From an uncultured Chloroflexia bacterium (GTDB taxonomy: Bacteria; Chloroflexota; Limnocylindria; Limnocylindrales; CSP1-4): DNA of 64,000 bases. Position 1 is the stretch's first letter; each line of letters starts with the position of its first letter. Positions 1 to 11,964 of the stretch are shown piece by piece. The notes below the pieces were generated by a model. The model saw only the letters and a list, made by a program, of their open reading frames with translations, did not search any database and was not told the DNA's origin. Position numbers and translations under genes: made by a program. The stretch covers positions 64,001-128,000 of the forward strand of contig CAVQJC010000011.1 of assembly GCA_963712745.1 (NCBI GenBank). Reading direction: 5' to 3'.

Positions 1-476
1 GGGCCGGTGCGGCCGAACGGGTCATCGCCGCCAAGATGCCGGCCGAACGGGCTTCCATGCATCTGGACACCATCTTCAGCTTCTGCGACCGCGACCTGGT
101 GACCATCTACGAACCGGCCGTCGAAGCCATCCAGCCCATCAGCTACCGCCCGGGTGAGCACGACCTGGAGGTCACCGTCGAGAAGCACGGCTGGCTGGAG
201 ACGGTGCGCGAGGCGCTGGGTCTCGCCGAGCTGCGCACTATCCCTACCGGTGGCGACTCCTTCGTGCAGGAACGCGAACAGTGGGACGACGGCAACAACG
301 TGGTCGCGCTCGAGCCGGGCGTGGTCGTGGCCTACGACCGCAACGAGTACACCAACGCCCGGCTGCGCCGCGCCGGCGTCAGCGTGCTCGAGATCGATGG
401 CTCGGAGCTGGGGCGCGGCCGGGGTGGCGGACACTGCATGACCTGTCCTGTCTGGCGCGAGCCCGCCTTCGACTGA
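1..476 (+). CDS. arcA: Arginine deiminase, C-terminal part (gene starts before the window)
   Basis: [13 protein letters not shown] and [15 protein letters not shown] catalytic motifs; the frame is open back to the window edge. Confidence 0.93.
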   Translation, partial: AGAAERVIAAKMPAERASMHLDTIFSFCDRDLVTIYEPAVEAIQPISYRPGEHDLEVTVEKHGWLETVREALGLAELRTIPTGGDSFVQEREQWDDGNNVVALEPGVVVAYDRNEYTNARLRRAGVSVLEIDGSELGRGRGGGHCMTCPVWREPAFD

Positions 477-532
477 CGATGGCGGGGCGCCGTCTCCGCG
501 CCTCGTCGCTGGCGCGCTCTAGAATCCCGGCC

Positions 533-2686
533 ATGCCGAAGAAGCCTTCTGCCTCCGACCTCGCGTCGCTGCGCGTCCCTACCGATGTGCGCCTGTCTCC
601 GGACGGTCGCCAGGCCTGTTTCGTGGTCAAGGAGTCCGCGCCCGACCTGGCCGGCTACCGCACGGCCTTGTGGCTGGTGCCGGTCGACGGTTCTGAGGAG
701 CCGCGCCGCCTGACCCTGGGCGCGACCCACGATGCTGTTCCGCGCTGGAGCCCGGACGGCCGCTACCTGGCCTTCATCAGCGACCGTGGCGCGGTCCTGC
801 GCGCCGGCGGCGCTGCCCGAGACGCCGAGGACCTCAAGCGCAAGACAGCCCCGCCCCGCGGGCTCAAGGACAGCGTCGGTCGTGACCTGCCCCACGGCAC
901 GGCCCAGGTCTGGCTGCTGCCGCTGGCCGGCGGCGAGGCGCAGCCGCTGACCGACTTGCCCGAGGACGTGGGCACGCTCGCCTGGAGCCCCGACGCCACG
1001 CGCCTGTGCGTGACCTCCGCCGCCACCTCCACCGACGTGGCCCTGCCCAGGCCCGATGCGGCCGACCTGCCCCGCCGGGACGTTCGGCTCATCGACGAGC
1101 TGGGCTACCAGCTCAACGGCGCGGGCTTCATCTACGAGCACAAGCCCAACCTCTGGATCGTCGAGGTCGAAGGTGGCAAGGCCCGGCGCCTGACCTCGGG
1201 CCGCAGCTCCGACGACCAGCCGGCCTGGAGCCCCGATGGCACGCGCATCGCCTTCGTCAGCGACCGCGGCAGCAACCCCGACCTGGCCTGGCGCTCGGAC
1301 CTCTACGTCATCGCGGCCTCGGGCGGCAGGCCGGTGCGGGTCTCGGCCGGGGAGGAGCGCAGCTTCGGGCGACCGGCCTGGAGCCCCGATGGCAAGTCGA
1401 TCGCCGTGGCCGGCCACCGCCTCGAGGCCGGCAACCCCACCCGCGAGGACATCCACGTCTTCCGGCCGCGTGCTGACCAGATGGGCAGGAATCTGAGCGC
1501 CGAGGCCGACCTCTTCGTCGACGCGGCCATGAACAGCGATCTCCACAGTCCAGCCCCGGTAGAGCCCCAGTGGGCGCCGGCTGGTGAGTCGGTCTACTTC
1601 AACGCTCCACTCGACGGCTCGTTCGAGCTGTGGCGCGTGCGCCTGTCCGATCGCCGCGTCGAGCGGTTGACGAAGGGCCAGCACATGCTCGTCTCACCCT
1701 CGGTGGCGGCTGCCGGCCGCGGCGTCGTGGTCGCCGCCATCCGGGGCACGGCCACCTCGGCGCCCGACGTCGTCAGCTTCGAGGTCGCGGGGCCCGGGGA
1801 CAAGCCGGCCACGCCCGTCAGGCCCAAGGCCATGCGCCGGCTGTCCGACCTCATGGGCGAGGCCTGGAAGGGCATCGACATCGTCAAACCGCAGGAACGC
1901 TGGACCAGGGTGGATGGTCGGCGCATCCAGGGCTGGTTCTACGAGGTGCCGCCCAGGCGCGGCAGGCCGGCTCCGATGGTGGTGGAGATCCACGGTGGGC
2001 CGGCCACGCTCTACGGCAACGCACTGATGTGGGAATGGCAGGTGCTGGTGGCCTCGGGCATCAGCGTCTACGCCTGCAACCCGCGCGGCTCGACCGGCTA
2101 CGGCCAGGACTTCGCCAAGGCCAACTTCCGTGACTGGGGCCCCGGACCGCAGGCGGACATCGAGGCAGGGGTCGATGCGCTCGTGGCGGAGGGCAAGGCC
2201 GATCCCGCGCGCATCGGCGTCACCGGCGGCTCGTACGGCGGCTATCTCACCGCCTGGATGGTCTCGCACAGCGACCGCTACGCAGCCGCCGTGGCCTGCC
2301 GTGGGGTCTACGACATGAGCGCGGAGATGACCAGCGGGGATCTGGGCGGTCCGCTCTTCGGCTACTGGGAGCTGGACGCCCAGCCGTGGACGGACCCCGA
2401 CCTGTACCGCGAGATGAGCCCGCTGACCCACGCCCCGGACATCCACACGCCGCTGCTCATCCAGCATGCCGAGCAGGACCTGCGCTGCCCCATCACCCAG
2501 GCCGAGCAGCTGTTCAGCGTGCTCCGCTCGCTCAAACGGCCCGTGCGCCTGATGCGCACGCCGGGTGAGTCGCACGAGCTCACGCGCAGCGGCATGCCGT
2601 TCCGGCGCATCGAGAACATCGAGCACATCCGTGACTGGTTCGTGCATTACCTCGTCGATGGAGGGCGTACTCTTCCTCGCACGTAG
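533..2686 (+). CDS. S9 family (prolyl oligopeptidase/acylaminoacyl) peptidase
   Basis: WSPDG propeller repeats, IHGGP, GGSYGG nucleophile, D(LRC) and H(EL) triad; ATG 533 follows a TAGAAT -10 box. Confidence 0.92.
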   Translation: MPKKPSASDLASLRVPTDVRLSPDGRQACFVVKESAPDLAGYRTALWLVPVDGSEEPRRLTLGATHDAVPRWSPDGRYLAFISDRGAVLRAGGAARDAEDLKRKTAPPRGLKDSVGRDLPHGTAQVWLLPLAGGEAQPLTDLPEDVGTLAWSPDATRLCVTSAATSTDVALPRPDAADLPRRDVRLIDELGYQLNGAGFIYEHKPNLWIVEVEGGKARRLTSGRSSDDQPAWSPDGTRIAFVSDRGSNPDLAWRSDLYVIAASGGRPVRVSAGEERSFGRPAWSPDGKSIAVAGHRLEAGNPTREDIHVFRPRADQMGRNLSAEADLFVDAAMNSDLHSPAPVEPQWAPAGESVYFNAPLDGSFELWRVRLSDRRVERLTKGQHMLVSPSVAAAGRGVVVAAIRGTATSAPDVVSFEVAGPGDKPATPVRPKAMRRLSDLMGEAWKGIDIVKPQERWTRVDGRRIQGWFYEVPPRRGRPAPMVVEIHGGPATLYGNALMWEWQVLVASGISVYACNPRGSTGYGQDFAKANFRDWGPGPQADIEAGVDALVAEGKADPARIGVTGGSYGGYLTAWMVSHSDRYAAAVACRGVYDMSAEMTSGDLGGPLFGYWELDAQPWTDPDLYREMSPLTHAPDIHTPLLIQHAEQDLRCPITQAEQLFSVLRSLKRPVRLMRTPGESHELTRSGMPFRRIENIEHIRDWFVHYLVDGGRTLPRT

Positions 2687-2701
2687 CGCGGGGTATCTCT
2701 C

Positions 2702-3658
2702 ATGGCTGACCAGGTCCGGGTGGTGGCTGCCATCGATGTCGGCAGCAACAGCGTCCACCTGCTGCTGACCGAGCTGGGCGGCGATGCCCCGGTCGTGCTG
2801 CGCGATGAATCGGTGCTGCTCGGCCTCGGCGCCATGGTCGACATGGAGGGCCACATCCCCCACGAAGGCGCAGCTGCTGCCATCGAGGCCCTGTCCGCGT
2901 ACGTGAACGTAGCGGAGGATGAGGGCGCCGAGTGGATCATCCTGCTGGGCACCGAGCCGCTGCGCCGGGCCTCCAACCGCACGCACTTCCGCGAGGCGGT
3001 GGAGGAGGTGACCGGCTTGCCGCTCCACATCCTGAGTCACGAGGAGGAGGCCCTCCTCACCGTCCTCGGTGTGCTCGACGGCGAGCCGGTCGCCGAACCC
3101 CTGCTCGTGCTCGACATCGGTGGGGGCTCTTCGGAGCTCGTGTTGCTGGAGCCGGAGGCCGACCCCGTGGTCGGTGTCATGCCCGTGGGCTCGGCGCGCC
3201 TGACCGCGCAGCACGTGGAAGACGATCCCCCCACCGACGAGGAGGTCGCGGCCCTGCGGGCCGAGTCCCATCACCTGCTCTCGGGCATGCCCGTGGGACA
3301 CCCCAAGCGCGGCATCATCGTCGGCGGCTCGGGCACCAACCTTGTGCGGCTGACCGCGGAGGAGGCTGACGAGGAGGTAGGCGACGGCGGACTCATCGCC
3401 CGTGGTCGCACGGCTCGCGCCATCGAGATCGTCAAGACCGCGCCTGCCGCTGAGCTCGCGGAGGAATACGGCCTGCGCGAGCGGCGCGTGCTCCAGATGG
3501 CCGCCGGTGCCAGCCTCATCGAGGCCACGCTCGACTGCTACAGCCTCGAGGTCATGGAGGCGTCGGACGCGAGCCTGCGCGAGGGTGTCATCATCGCCCG
3601 TGAGGCCGAGGGTGACGCCTGGCGCGAGTCGCTCGTTTCACTCGTTACGGGTGACTAG
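2702..3658 (+). CDS. Ppx/GppA family exopolyphosphatase (no HD domain)
   Basis: AIDVGSNSVHL, EEEA, LDIGGGSSEL and LREG motifs. Confidence 0.88.
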   Translation: MADQVRVVAAIDVGSNSVHLLLTELGGDAPVVLRDESVLLGLGAMVDMEGHIPHEGAAAAIEALSAYVNVAEDEGAEWIILLGTEPLRRASNRTHFREAVEEVTGLPLHILSHEEEALLTVLGVLDGEPVAEPLLVLDIGGGSSELVLLEPEADPVVGVMPVGSARLTAQHVEDDPPTDEEVAALRAESHHLLSGMPVGHPKRGIIVGGSGTNLVRLTAEEADEEVGDGGLIARGRTARAIEIVKTAPAAELAEEYGLRERRVLQMAAGASLIEATLDCYSLEVMEASDASLREGVIIAREAEGDAWRESLVSLVTGD

Positions 3659-3728
3659 ACCCAGGGCCACGACCACTAGGCTGGGCCAGTCGATGACAGC
3701 TGTCGCCAGCGCTCCGGAGGGTTACTGA

Positions 3729-6455
3729 ATGACCGCAGCCGCACCACCAGACCAACGACCCGCGTTCACGCTGACGCCCGACGAGGCGCTCGCAAGGGCC
3801 GGGGTCGAGGCCAAGACCGGTCTGTCCGCGGCGGAGGTCACGGCCCGGCGCGAGCAGTACGGCGCGAACAAGTTCGCCGAGGGCGAGAAGGAGCCCGGCT
3901 GGCAGGTCTTCGTGCGCCAGTACAAGGACCTCATGCAGATCGTCCTGCTGGTGGCGGGCATCGTCAGCATCTGGCCCGTCGAGCAGTACACCACCGGCCT
4001 GCTTCTCATCGGGCTGACGGTGCTGAACGCGGCCATGGGCATGGCCCAGGAGGGCAAGGCCGCAGCGGCGGTCGCGGCGCTCCAGGAGATGATGATCGTC
4101 AAGGCGCGAGTCCTGCGCGACGGCGAACTGACCGAGGTGGCGGCCGAAGAACTCGTTCCCGGTGACATCGTCTCAGTCGAGGCCGGCGACCTCATCCCCG
4201 CGGACGGTCGCCTCATCAGCGCTGCCTCGCTGGAGGTGGACGAGGCGCCGCTCACCGGTGAGTCCCTGCCGGTACCGAAGGACGTGGCGGCGCTTTCCGA
4301 TCCCGAGACGACACTGGGCGATCGCATCGACATGGTCTTCATGAACACGAGCGCGACGCGAGGCTCTGCGACCTTCGTCGTGACCGCCACCGGCATGGAG
4401 ACCGAGGTCGGCCACATCTCCGAGCTGCTCTCGAACGCCGATGAGACGACGACCCCGCTCACTCAGCAGCTGGAGAAGCTGACTCGCCAGCTCATCGCCA
4501 TCGCGGGTGCCGCACTCATCGCCTCCATGCTCCTCGGGCTCCTGCGAGGTGAGCCCTTCGATGTGCTCTTCGTGGCGGCCATCGCCTTCGCGGTCGCGGC
4601 CATCCCCACCGGCCTGCCGGCAGTCGTGACCACCATCCTCTCGATGGGTACCCGCACGCTTGCCGAGGCCGGTGCCATCGTCAAGAACCTGCGCTCCGTG
4701 GAGACGCTGGGCTCGACGTCGGCCATCAACTCCGACAAGACCGGCACCCTCACCCTGAACCAGATGACCGCGGTCGAGATGGCCACGGTAGGTCGACACT
4801 ATGAGATCAGCGGCACCGGCTACGGCACGAGCGGCAAGATCATGCGCGAGGGCGGAGACCTCGACGGCGAGAGCCTCGAGGAGTTCCTGCTGCCGATGGT
4901 GCTGGCCTCCGACGCGGTCGCCCGCAACGGGGAGCTGATCGGCGATCCGACCGAGGGTGCGCTGGTCGTACTGGCCGGCAAGGGCGGCGTCGGCACCGAG
5001 GTCACGCGCGAGCGGTACCCGCGCCTGGCCACGCTGCCCTTCGATGCGGCCTACAAGCTCATGGCCACCTTCCACCGATGGACGGACGCGAAGGGCAAGG
5101 AGTTCGTGCGCGCCTACGTCAAGGGCGCCCCGGACCAGATGCTGGCCCGAGCCGACGAGGTCTACGCACGGGACCACGACCCGGTCAAGGTCACCGACGA
5201 CGTGCGCGAACGCTACATGGCCGAGAACGACCGTCTGGCGTCGAAGGGCCTGCGCGTGCTGGCCACGGCCCGCAAGGACTTCCCGGCCAAGGACTTCGAT
5301 CCCGATGGCGACCTGCTCGAGCAGATCGACGGCCTCACGCTGATGGCCCTGGTCGGCATCGTGGACCCGCCACGACCGACCGTGAAGGACTCGATCGCGA
5401 CCGCGCACCGCGCCGGGATCGGGGTGCGCATGATCACCGGCGACCACGTCGTCACGGCCGAGGCCATCGGCCGGGAGCTTGGCATCACGGGCCGCGCCAT
5501 CAGCGGCGCAGAGTTCCGGGCCATGTCCGACGAGCAGGTGATCGCTCAGATGGACGACATCGGCATCATCGCCAGGGTCACGCCGGAGGATAAGGTTCGC
5601 CTGGTGCAGCTGCTGCAGCGCCAGAAGCGCGTCGTGGCCATGACCGGCGACGGGGTCAACGACGCGCCCGCGCTCAAGCAGGCAGACATCGGTGTGGCCA
5701 TGGGCATCACCGGGACGGAGGTCTCCAAGGAGGCCGCGGTGATGATCCTGACCGATGATGACTTCAGCACCATCGTCCGGGCCGTGCGCCTGGGCCGCAA
5801 CATCTACGACAACCTGCAGCGCTACATCCGCTTCCAGATGGCGGGGCTGTTCGGCTTCATCGCCACGTTCCTCGGATCCAGCATCTTCTGGATCGCCGGC
5901 GGCGTGCCCTTCCTGCCCGCCCAGACCATCTTCATCAACTTCAGCGTGCAGGTGAGCCAGGCCTTCGGTCTGGGCTTCGGCGAACCGACGCCCGGCCTGA
6001 TGGACCGCAAGCCGCGACCGGCGGGCGTGCCCATCCTGGGTCGGCAGATGATGATCTGGTTGGCTATCGCCGGCCTTGTCGCTGGCATCGCGACGCTGGC
6101 CATGATCGAATGGGGCACACGGGAGTTCGACGAGACGGTCGGCCGGACGATGGGTCTGGTCACCTTCGGCTTCTTCAATGTCGCCTTCTCGCTCGCCACC
6201 AAGGACGAGACCCGGTCATCCTTCAACCGCGAGGTCATCGGCGACCGGACCTTCCTCATCGCCTCGGTCATCTCGTTGCTCATCACGGTGCTGATGGCGG
6301 AGATGGGGATGCTGCAGCGGCTGCTGGGCACGGTGGGTCTCAGCGGAGACCAGTGGATCCTCTGCCTCATCGTCGGCTTCGCCATCCTGCCCATCGCCGA
6401 GGTGCGCAAGCTCATCTGGAAGATCCCCGTGGACGAGGTGCCCAGGGAGGCCTGA
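3729..6455 (+). CDS. P-type cation-transporting ATPase (type II, Ca2+-like)
   Basis: TGES, DKTGTLT, KGAP, MITGD and GDGVNDAP motifs with multiple TM segments. Confidence 0.95.
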   Translation: MTAAAPPDQRPAFTLTPDEALARAGVEAKTGLSAAEVTARREQYGANKFAEGEKEPGWQVFVRQYKDLMQIVLLVAGIVSIWPVEQYTTGLLLIGLTVLNAAMGMAQEGKAAAAVAALQEMMIVKARVLRDGELTEVAAEELVPGDIVSVEAGDLIPADGRLISAASLEVDEAPLTGESLPVPKDVAALSDPETTLGDRIDMVFMNTSATRGSATFVVTATGMETEVGHISELLSNADETTTPLTQQLEKLTRQLIAIAGAALIASMLLGLLRGEPFDVLFVAAIAFAVAAIPTGLPAVVTTILSMGTRTLAEAGAIVKNLRSVETLGSTSAINSDKTGTLTLNQMTAVEMATVGRHYEISGTGYGTSGKIMREGGDLDGESLEEFLLPMVLASDAVARNGELIGDPTEGALVVLAGKGGVGTEVTRERYPRLATLPFDAAYKLMATFHRWTDAKGKEFVRAYVKGAPDQMLARADEVYARDHDPVKVTDDVRERYMAENDRLASKGLRVLATARKDFPAKDFDPDGDLLEQIDGLTLMALVGIVDPPRPTVKDSIATAHRAGIGVRMITGDHVVTAEAIGRELGITGRAISGAEFRAMSDEQVIAQMDDIGIIARVTPEDKVRLVQLLQRQKRVVAMTGDGVNDAPALKQADIGVAMGITGTEVSKEAAVMILTDDDFSTIVRAVRLGRNIYDNLQRYIRFQMAGLFGFIATFLGSSIFWIAGGVPFLPAQTIFINFSVQVSQAFGLGFGEPTPGLMDRKPRPAGVPILGRQMMIWLAIAGLVAGIATLAMIEWGTREFDETVGRTMGLVTFGFFNVAFSLATKDETRSSFNREVIGDRTFLIASVISLLITVLMAEMGMLQRLLGTVGLSGDQWILCLIVGFAILPIAEVRKLIWKIPVDEVPREA

Positions 6456-6484
6456 GTCCGGCGTGATCCTGCGGGCGACGGCCT

Positions 6485-6760
6485 TCAGCTGGGTTCTTCG
6501 ATGACCTCGTCGACGATGCCGATGACGACGGTACGGATGGGCGCACCGGGGGCGCCGAGCACTTGCCTTGCTCCGTTGCCCTCGTCGAGCAGCAGCACCG
6601 TCTCGCCCGCGCCCGCGCCGATGTTGTCGACCGCGATCTGGTAGCCGCCGTTCGGGGCTCCGTCGGGCCCCACGAGGTCGACCAGCAGCAGCGTGCGCTG
6701 CTCGAAGTCCGGCGTGTTGATGGACGAGACGACGTTGCCCACGACGCGCCCGATCTTCAC
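6485..6760 (-). CDS. BMC vertex pentamer (EutN/CcmL family)
   Basis: GRVVGNVVS...AVDNIGAGAGETVL...VVIGIVD pattern. Confidence 0.92.
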   Translation of the reverse strand: MKIGRVVGNVVSSINTPDFEQRTLLLVDLVGPDGAPNGGYQIAVDNIGAGAGETVLLLDEGNGARQVLGAPGAPIRTVVIGIVDEVIEEPS

Positions 6761-7053
6761 GAAGCGCCTTCCTTTCCGGCGCCCGGCAGCTCTGTGACCG
6801 CATCTACGATGCCGACGATGGCGTGATCCACCGGCACGAACGTCTCCGGCAGCGCCTGTGCCGCCTCACGCGCGGCCACGAAGTAGACCAGCTCACCGGG
6901 GCCGGCCATGTGCACCGCGTCGGCAGCTACGACCTGCGCCCCCACCGGCTGCTGCTGGCGGTCGAGCGGCTGGACGATGAGCAGCTTGACGCCCTCCATC
7001 CCGGGGACCTTGGTGCTGGCTACGACCGTGCCGGTGACGCGCCCGAGCTGCAT
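6757..7053 (-). CDS. BMC vertex pentamer (EutN/CcmL family)
   Basis: [15 protein letters not shown]...AADAV.AGPGE...VDHAIVGIVD; ATG at 7053. Confidence 0.93.
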   Translation of the reverse strand: MQLGRVTGTVVASTKVPGMEGVKLLIVQPLDRQQQPVGAQVVAADAVHMAGPGELVYFVAAREAAQALPETFVPVDHAIVGIVDAVTELPGAGKEGAS

Positions 7054-7055
7054 GG

Positions 7056-7655
7056 CTAGGTCCTCACGCGCGCCGCGAAGCGGGCATCGGCCGCGAGGTT
7101 CTGGGCCATCTCGTCGTGCAGCTGGGCGATGACTCGCCAATGCATCCCGCGGGTGGCCCCACAGGCCGCGATGCCAAGCTCTACCGCGGCCTCCACGTCG
7201 GTGACGGCGCCGTCGAAGAGCAGGTAGCCCTTGCCGCCGAGGTCGTCGGCCAGGCGCAGCTCGAGCAGCCGTACCTGTGCGCCCTTGAGCCCCGCATCCG
7301 CCGCGCGGATGACCGCCGGCACGGTGGCCGTCTCGATGATGCCCAGTGCCTCAGCCTGGGCCGCGAAGCGGGCACCGCGAGTGCCGGCCACGACGTCGGG
7401 ATGGATGTTGGGCAGGAAGGTCACATCGCGCACGGAGAGTCCGCCGATCTCACGGCCGGCTTCGAGCGCCTCCTCGACATCGGCCACGTCGCCGCCCACC
7501 AGCACCAGGTACTTGCCCGGGTGGACGGTGCCGGCGCGGATGAGCTCGACCGGCGCCCGCTTGGCCATGGCGTCGCCGACCTCGATGCCGACCGCGATCG
7601 ACTCCATCTCCAGGAGTCCGAGCGCCGGTTCGATCACGGGTGGGACTGGGGGCAC
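7056..7655 (-). CDS. BMC tandem-domain shell trimer (PduT-like, single-layer BMC-T)
   Basis: Two BMC domains: ALGLLEMESIA...PGKYLVLVGGDVADV and ALGIIETAT...LGGKGY...GAVTDV. Confidence 0.9.
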   Translation of the reverse strand: MPPVPPVIEPALGLLEMESIAVGIEVGDAMAKRAPVELIRAGTVHPGKYLVLVGGDVADVEEALEAGREIGGLSVRDVTFLPNIHPDVVAGTRGARFAAQAEALGIIETATVPAVIRAADAGLKGAQVRLLELRLADDLGGKGYLLFDGAVTDVEAAVELGIAACGATRGMHWRVIAQLHDEMAQNLAADARFAARVRT

Positions 7656-9109
7656 TAGACGATCCTGAGCGCGCCGACCACGGTCACGCGCCGCTCCCGT
7701 GAGAACGTGCGCGGCCGGGTCAGGCCGTCACCGGTGGGGGAGGCGATGGAGAAGGAGGTGAAGCCCTCACCGTCTGCGCCGAGGCCCGCCAGGTTGGGGC
7801 CGTTGGCCACGAAGATGGAGCAGTTCATGGCGCGCGCCATGCGCGTGATGGTGTCGACGTTGGTGGAGTGGATGGAGGCGGTGTGACGGAAGCCGTGTTC
7901 CATGCGCACGGCGAGGTCGATGGCCGTGTCGACGGTGCCCACGCGCACGACCGGCAGCACCGGCATCATCTGCTCGGTCCAGGCCAGGCTGTGCTCGCGG
8001 GGCACGTCCGCCACCAGCAGGCGCGGCTCCGGGTCGGCCTGCACGCCGATCTCAGCCAGGATGACCGAGGCGTCCTTGCCGATCCAGGCGGGGTTCATCA
8101 CGCCAGGCTTCCCTGGCTGGCCCATCTCCTTGAAGATGACGCGTTCCAGCCGCTTGAGCTCGTGCTCCTTGAGCAGGTAGGCGCCGTTCTGGCTCATGGC
8201 GCGCAGCAGCCGGTCGGCGACCGTATCGACCGCGAGCACGACCTTCTCGTCGATGCAGACGAGGTTGTTGTCGAAGGACGCGCCGCGCACGATATCTGCG
8301 CCCGCGCGTTCGAGGTCGGCGGTCTGGTCGACCACCGCCGGCGGGTTGCCGGGACCGGCCGTGATGGCCCGCTTGTCTGTCTTGAGGGCCTCGCGCACGA
8401 CACCCGGACCGCCTGTCACGAGCAGCACGCGGATGCCGGGGTGGTTCATCAGCGCGCGGGCACTGTCGATGGTGGGCACGGCCGCGCCGGTGACCAGGTC
8501 CGGCGGCCCACCGGCGCCGACGATGGCGCGGTTGATGAGCCGGATGGTCTCCGCCGAGCAGGACTTGGCGCTGGGGTGGGCGTTGAAGACGACGGCGTTG
8601 CCGGCTGAGACGATGCTGATGGTGTTGTTGATGATGGTCGAGGTGGGGTTGGTGACCGGGGTGATCGCGCCGACCACGCCGAAGGGTGCCCACTCGGTGA
8701 CCATCATGCCGTTGTCGCCACTGACCGCCTGGACCTCCAGGTCCTCCGGGCCGGGAGCCTTGGTCGTCACCAGCCGGTTCTTGACGACCTTGTCGTCGTA
8801 GCGGCCGATGCCGGTCTCGCGATGGGCCATGCGCGCGAGCTGTTCGGCATGCTTGAGCATCGAAGCCCGCACGGACTCGATGACGGTCTTGCGCGCGGCC
8901 AGGCCGTGATCGCCGAAATCGCGGAAGGCCCGCTGGGCTGCGGCCACGGCCTCGTCCACGGTGGCGTGGATGCCGTCGCCGAGCTCGGCCTGGGCCGCGG
9001 CCGCCACCTCTGCCCCGGCCTGCATGCCCCTTCCCGGGCGCGCGACATCGGCCGCGGCCAGGCGGCTCTGCACCCGTTCGATGATCTCGGCGATCTCGCG
9101 TTCGTCCAT
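7655..9109 (-). CDS. Acylating (CoA-dependent) aldehyde dehydrogenase, EutE/PduP family, with N-terminal encapsulation peptide
   Basis: [36 protein letters not shown] (catalytic Cys), EQMMP, HGFRHTA; N-terminus [17 protein letters not shown]. Confidence 0.93.
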   Translation of the reverse strand: MDEREIAEIIERVQSRLAAADVARPGRGMQAGAEVAAAAQAELGDGIHATVDEAVAAAQRAFRDFGDHGLAARKTVIESVRASMLKHAEQLARMAHRETGIGRYDDKVVKNRLVTTKAPGPEDLEVQAVSGDNGMMVTEWAPFGVVGAITPVTNPTSTIINNTISIVSAGNAVVFNAHPSAKSCSAETIRLINRAIVGAGGPPDLVTGAAVPTIDSARALMNHPGIRVLLVTGGPGVVREALKTDKRAITAGPGNPPAVVDQTADLERAGADIVRGASFDNNLVCIDEKVVLAVDTVADRLLRAMSQNGAYLLKEHELKRLERVIFKEMGQPGKPGVMNPAWIGKDASVILAEIGVQADPEPRLLVADVPREHSLAWTEQMMPVLPVVRVGTVDTAIDLAVRMEHGFRHTASIHSTNVDTITRMARAMNCSIFVANGPNLAGLGADGEGFTSFSIASPTGDGLTRPRTFSRERRVTVVGALRIV

Positions 9110-9140
9110 GGATCCTTCTCGCTCGCAGTCGGTCGACCGA

Positions 9141-9428
9141 CTACTTGCGGTACATCTCCTTGCCATCGACTTCCCAGGTGTCGACGATGGCCATGATCAC
9201 GGCGTCACAGGGCTTGTCCCTGGTGGTCTCGGTATTACGTGCCGAGCTGCCGCTCGCATACAGCACCACCTCGCCCACGCCAGCCCCGACCGCATCGGCC
9301 GCCACGACGTAGCCGCCGGTCTCCTTGTCCTCCGCGTCGAGCTGGCGCACGACGAGGAGCTTCCAGCCCTCGGTCAGTGGCTCCTTGCGGCTGGCCACGA
9401 CCGTGCCGGTCACTCGTCCGAGCAACAT
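9141..9428 (-). CDS. BMC vertex pentamer (EutN/CcmL family)
   Basis: [15 protein letters not shown]...[20 protein letters not shown]...DAVIMAIVD. Confidence 0.95.
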   Translation of the reverse strand: MLLGRVTGTVVASRKEPLTEGWKLLVVRQLDAEDKETGGYVVAADAVGAGVGEVVLYASGSSARNTETTRDKPCDAVIMAIVDTWEVDGKEMYRK

Positions 9429-9485
9429 GCTGTTCTGCCTTCTGCGGGCTGGGCGCCGAGCCAGAGACCGACGCCCTACCCGTCG

Positions 9486-9800
<315 letters not shown>

Positions 9801-9885
9801 CAGTTCGTTCTCCCTGTGCTATGCCTGTTTCGAGTCTCTTCGTCGTAGTGGTGTCGCTGTCGTGTCGATGCCTCGTGGGCCACTG

Positions 9886-10498
9886 CTACTTCGCCTCACG
9901 CCCCTCCAGCCCCTCGACGGCGGCCAGGGCAGCCCGCCAGCCCACGTCGATGTCGCGCTCCTCGCCGCCAAGGTAGATGCGACCCATGGAACCGAAGTTG
10001 CGGACCTCGAGGATGTTGATGTCCGCGGCCTTCTCAGCCTCGTTGGCAGCCAGCGCGGCATAGGCCGCGGGCTCCATCTCGAGCACGTACAGCGTCTGGC
10101 CCGGGATGAGCATCTGGCCGTGGCGCGTGCGATTGATGAGCTGCGCCTGATGGTCGTCGATGCGACGGATGATCTGGCTCGAGAGGACGCGCGGCTTGAT
10201 GCGGTCGGTCTCCTTGAGCCCCATCTCGCTGAGGATGGCGGCGCCTGCGGCGCGGACCTCCGCCTGCGAGGGGGAGTGGATCTCGAGCATGCCGTAGTAG
10301 CGCTCGATGATCTGCATGCCCGGCTTCACCTGCGTGGACTTGAGGGCCACGTCGGTGAGGCGATTGATCTCGATGCCGGGCGAGATCTCGATCGACAGCG
10401 AGGCATCACCCGCGAGCGGCAGGAAGCCCTGGGCGACCGTGCCCAGGAAGGCCGCGTACTGGGCCTGCAGGCTGTCGATGAATGAATAGGCCCTTAGC

Positions 10499-10512
<14 letters not shown>
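9886..10512 (-). CDS. BMC permuted tandem-domain shell protein (CcmP-like double-stacking BMC-T)
   Basis: [42 protein letters not shown]; probable GTG start at 10512. Confidence 0.9.
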
Positions 10513-11382
<870 letters not shown>

Positions 11383-11386
<4 letters not shown>

Positions 11387-11964
11387 CGGTCCTTTCCCCG
11401 AGTCGTGCCGGTGTAGGAGCGTTCGATCGCGCTGATCTTCTCGACGCGGCGGCCGTGGCGTTCGGCCCCCCAGTCGGTGGCAAGCCAGGTCTCGACGACC
11501 TGGAGCGCCAGGGCGGTGCCCAGGAAGCCGGCACCCAGCGTGAGGACGTTGGCGTAGTTGTGCTCGCGGCTGTTGCGGGCCGACGAGAGGTCGTGGCAGT
11601 TGGCGGCCCGGACACCGGGCACCTTGTTGGCAGCCATGGCGGAGCCGATGCCGGCGCCGTCGACGACGATGCCCCAGGTACAGCTGCCGTTGGCCACCAG
11701 CTGGGCCACGGCGTGAGCCAGGTCGGGATAGTCGACGGCGTCGTCGCTGTGAGTGCCGCAATCGCGCACGGCATAGCCGTTCTCGGTGAGCCAGGCGCCG
11801 ATGGCGTCCTTCATGCGCCAGCCGCCATGATCGCCGGCGATGGCGACCGTGGTCCGGCCATCCGTGGGAGAGGTAGCGACCGCACCGGCGTCGAGCGTCT
11901 GGTCGACGATGCGGCGGACCAGGGCCCGGACCTCGTCGGCTGAGGGCGTGCGTTGGTCAGTCAT
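11383..11964 (-). CDS. rpiB: Ribose-5-phosphate isomerase B family protein with N-terminal encapsulation peptide
   Basis: AGDHGG, VDYPD, DGAGIGSAMAANKVPGVRAA, SREHNYAN, RHGRRV; N-terminus DEVRALVRRIVDQTL. Confidence 0.92.

Noticed and set aside
281-532. N-terminal extension of the S9 peptidase in the ORF track
   Set aside because: Overlaps arcA; the TAGAAT box supports ATG 533 as the start.
11387-11761. Longer deoC N-terminus (420-aa ORF)
   Set aside because: Overlaps rpiB in another frame; ATG 11386 with an upstream GGAAAGG is the coupled start.
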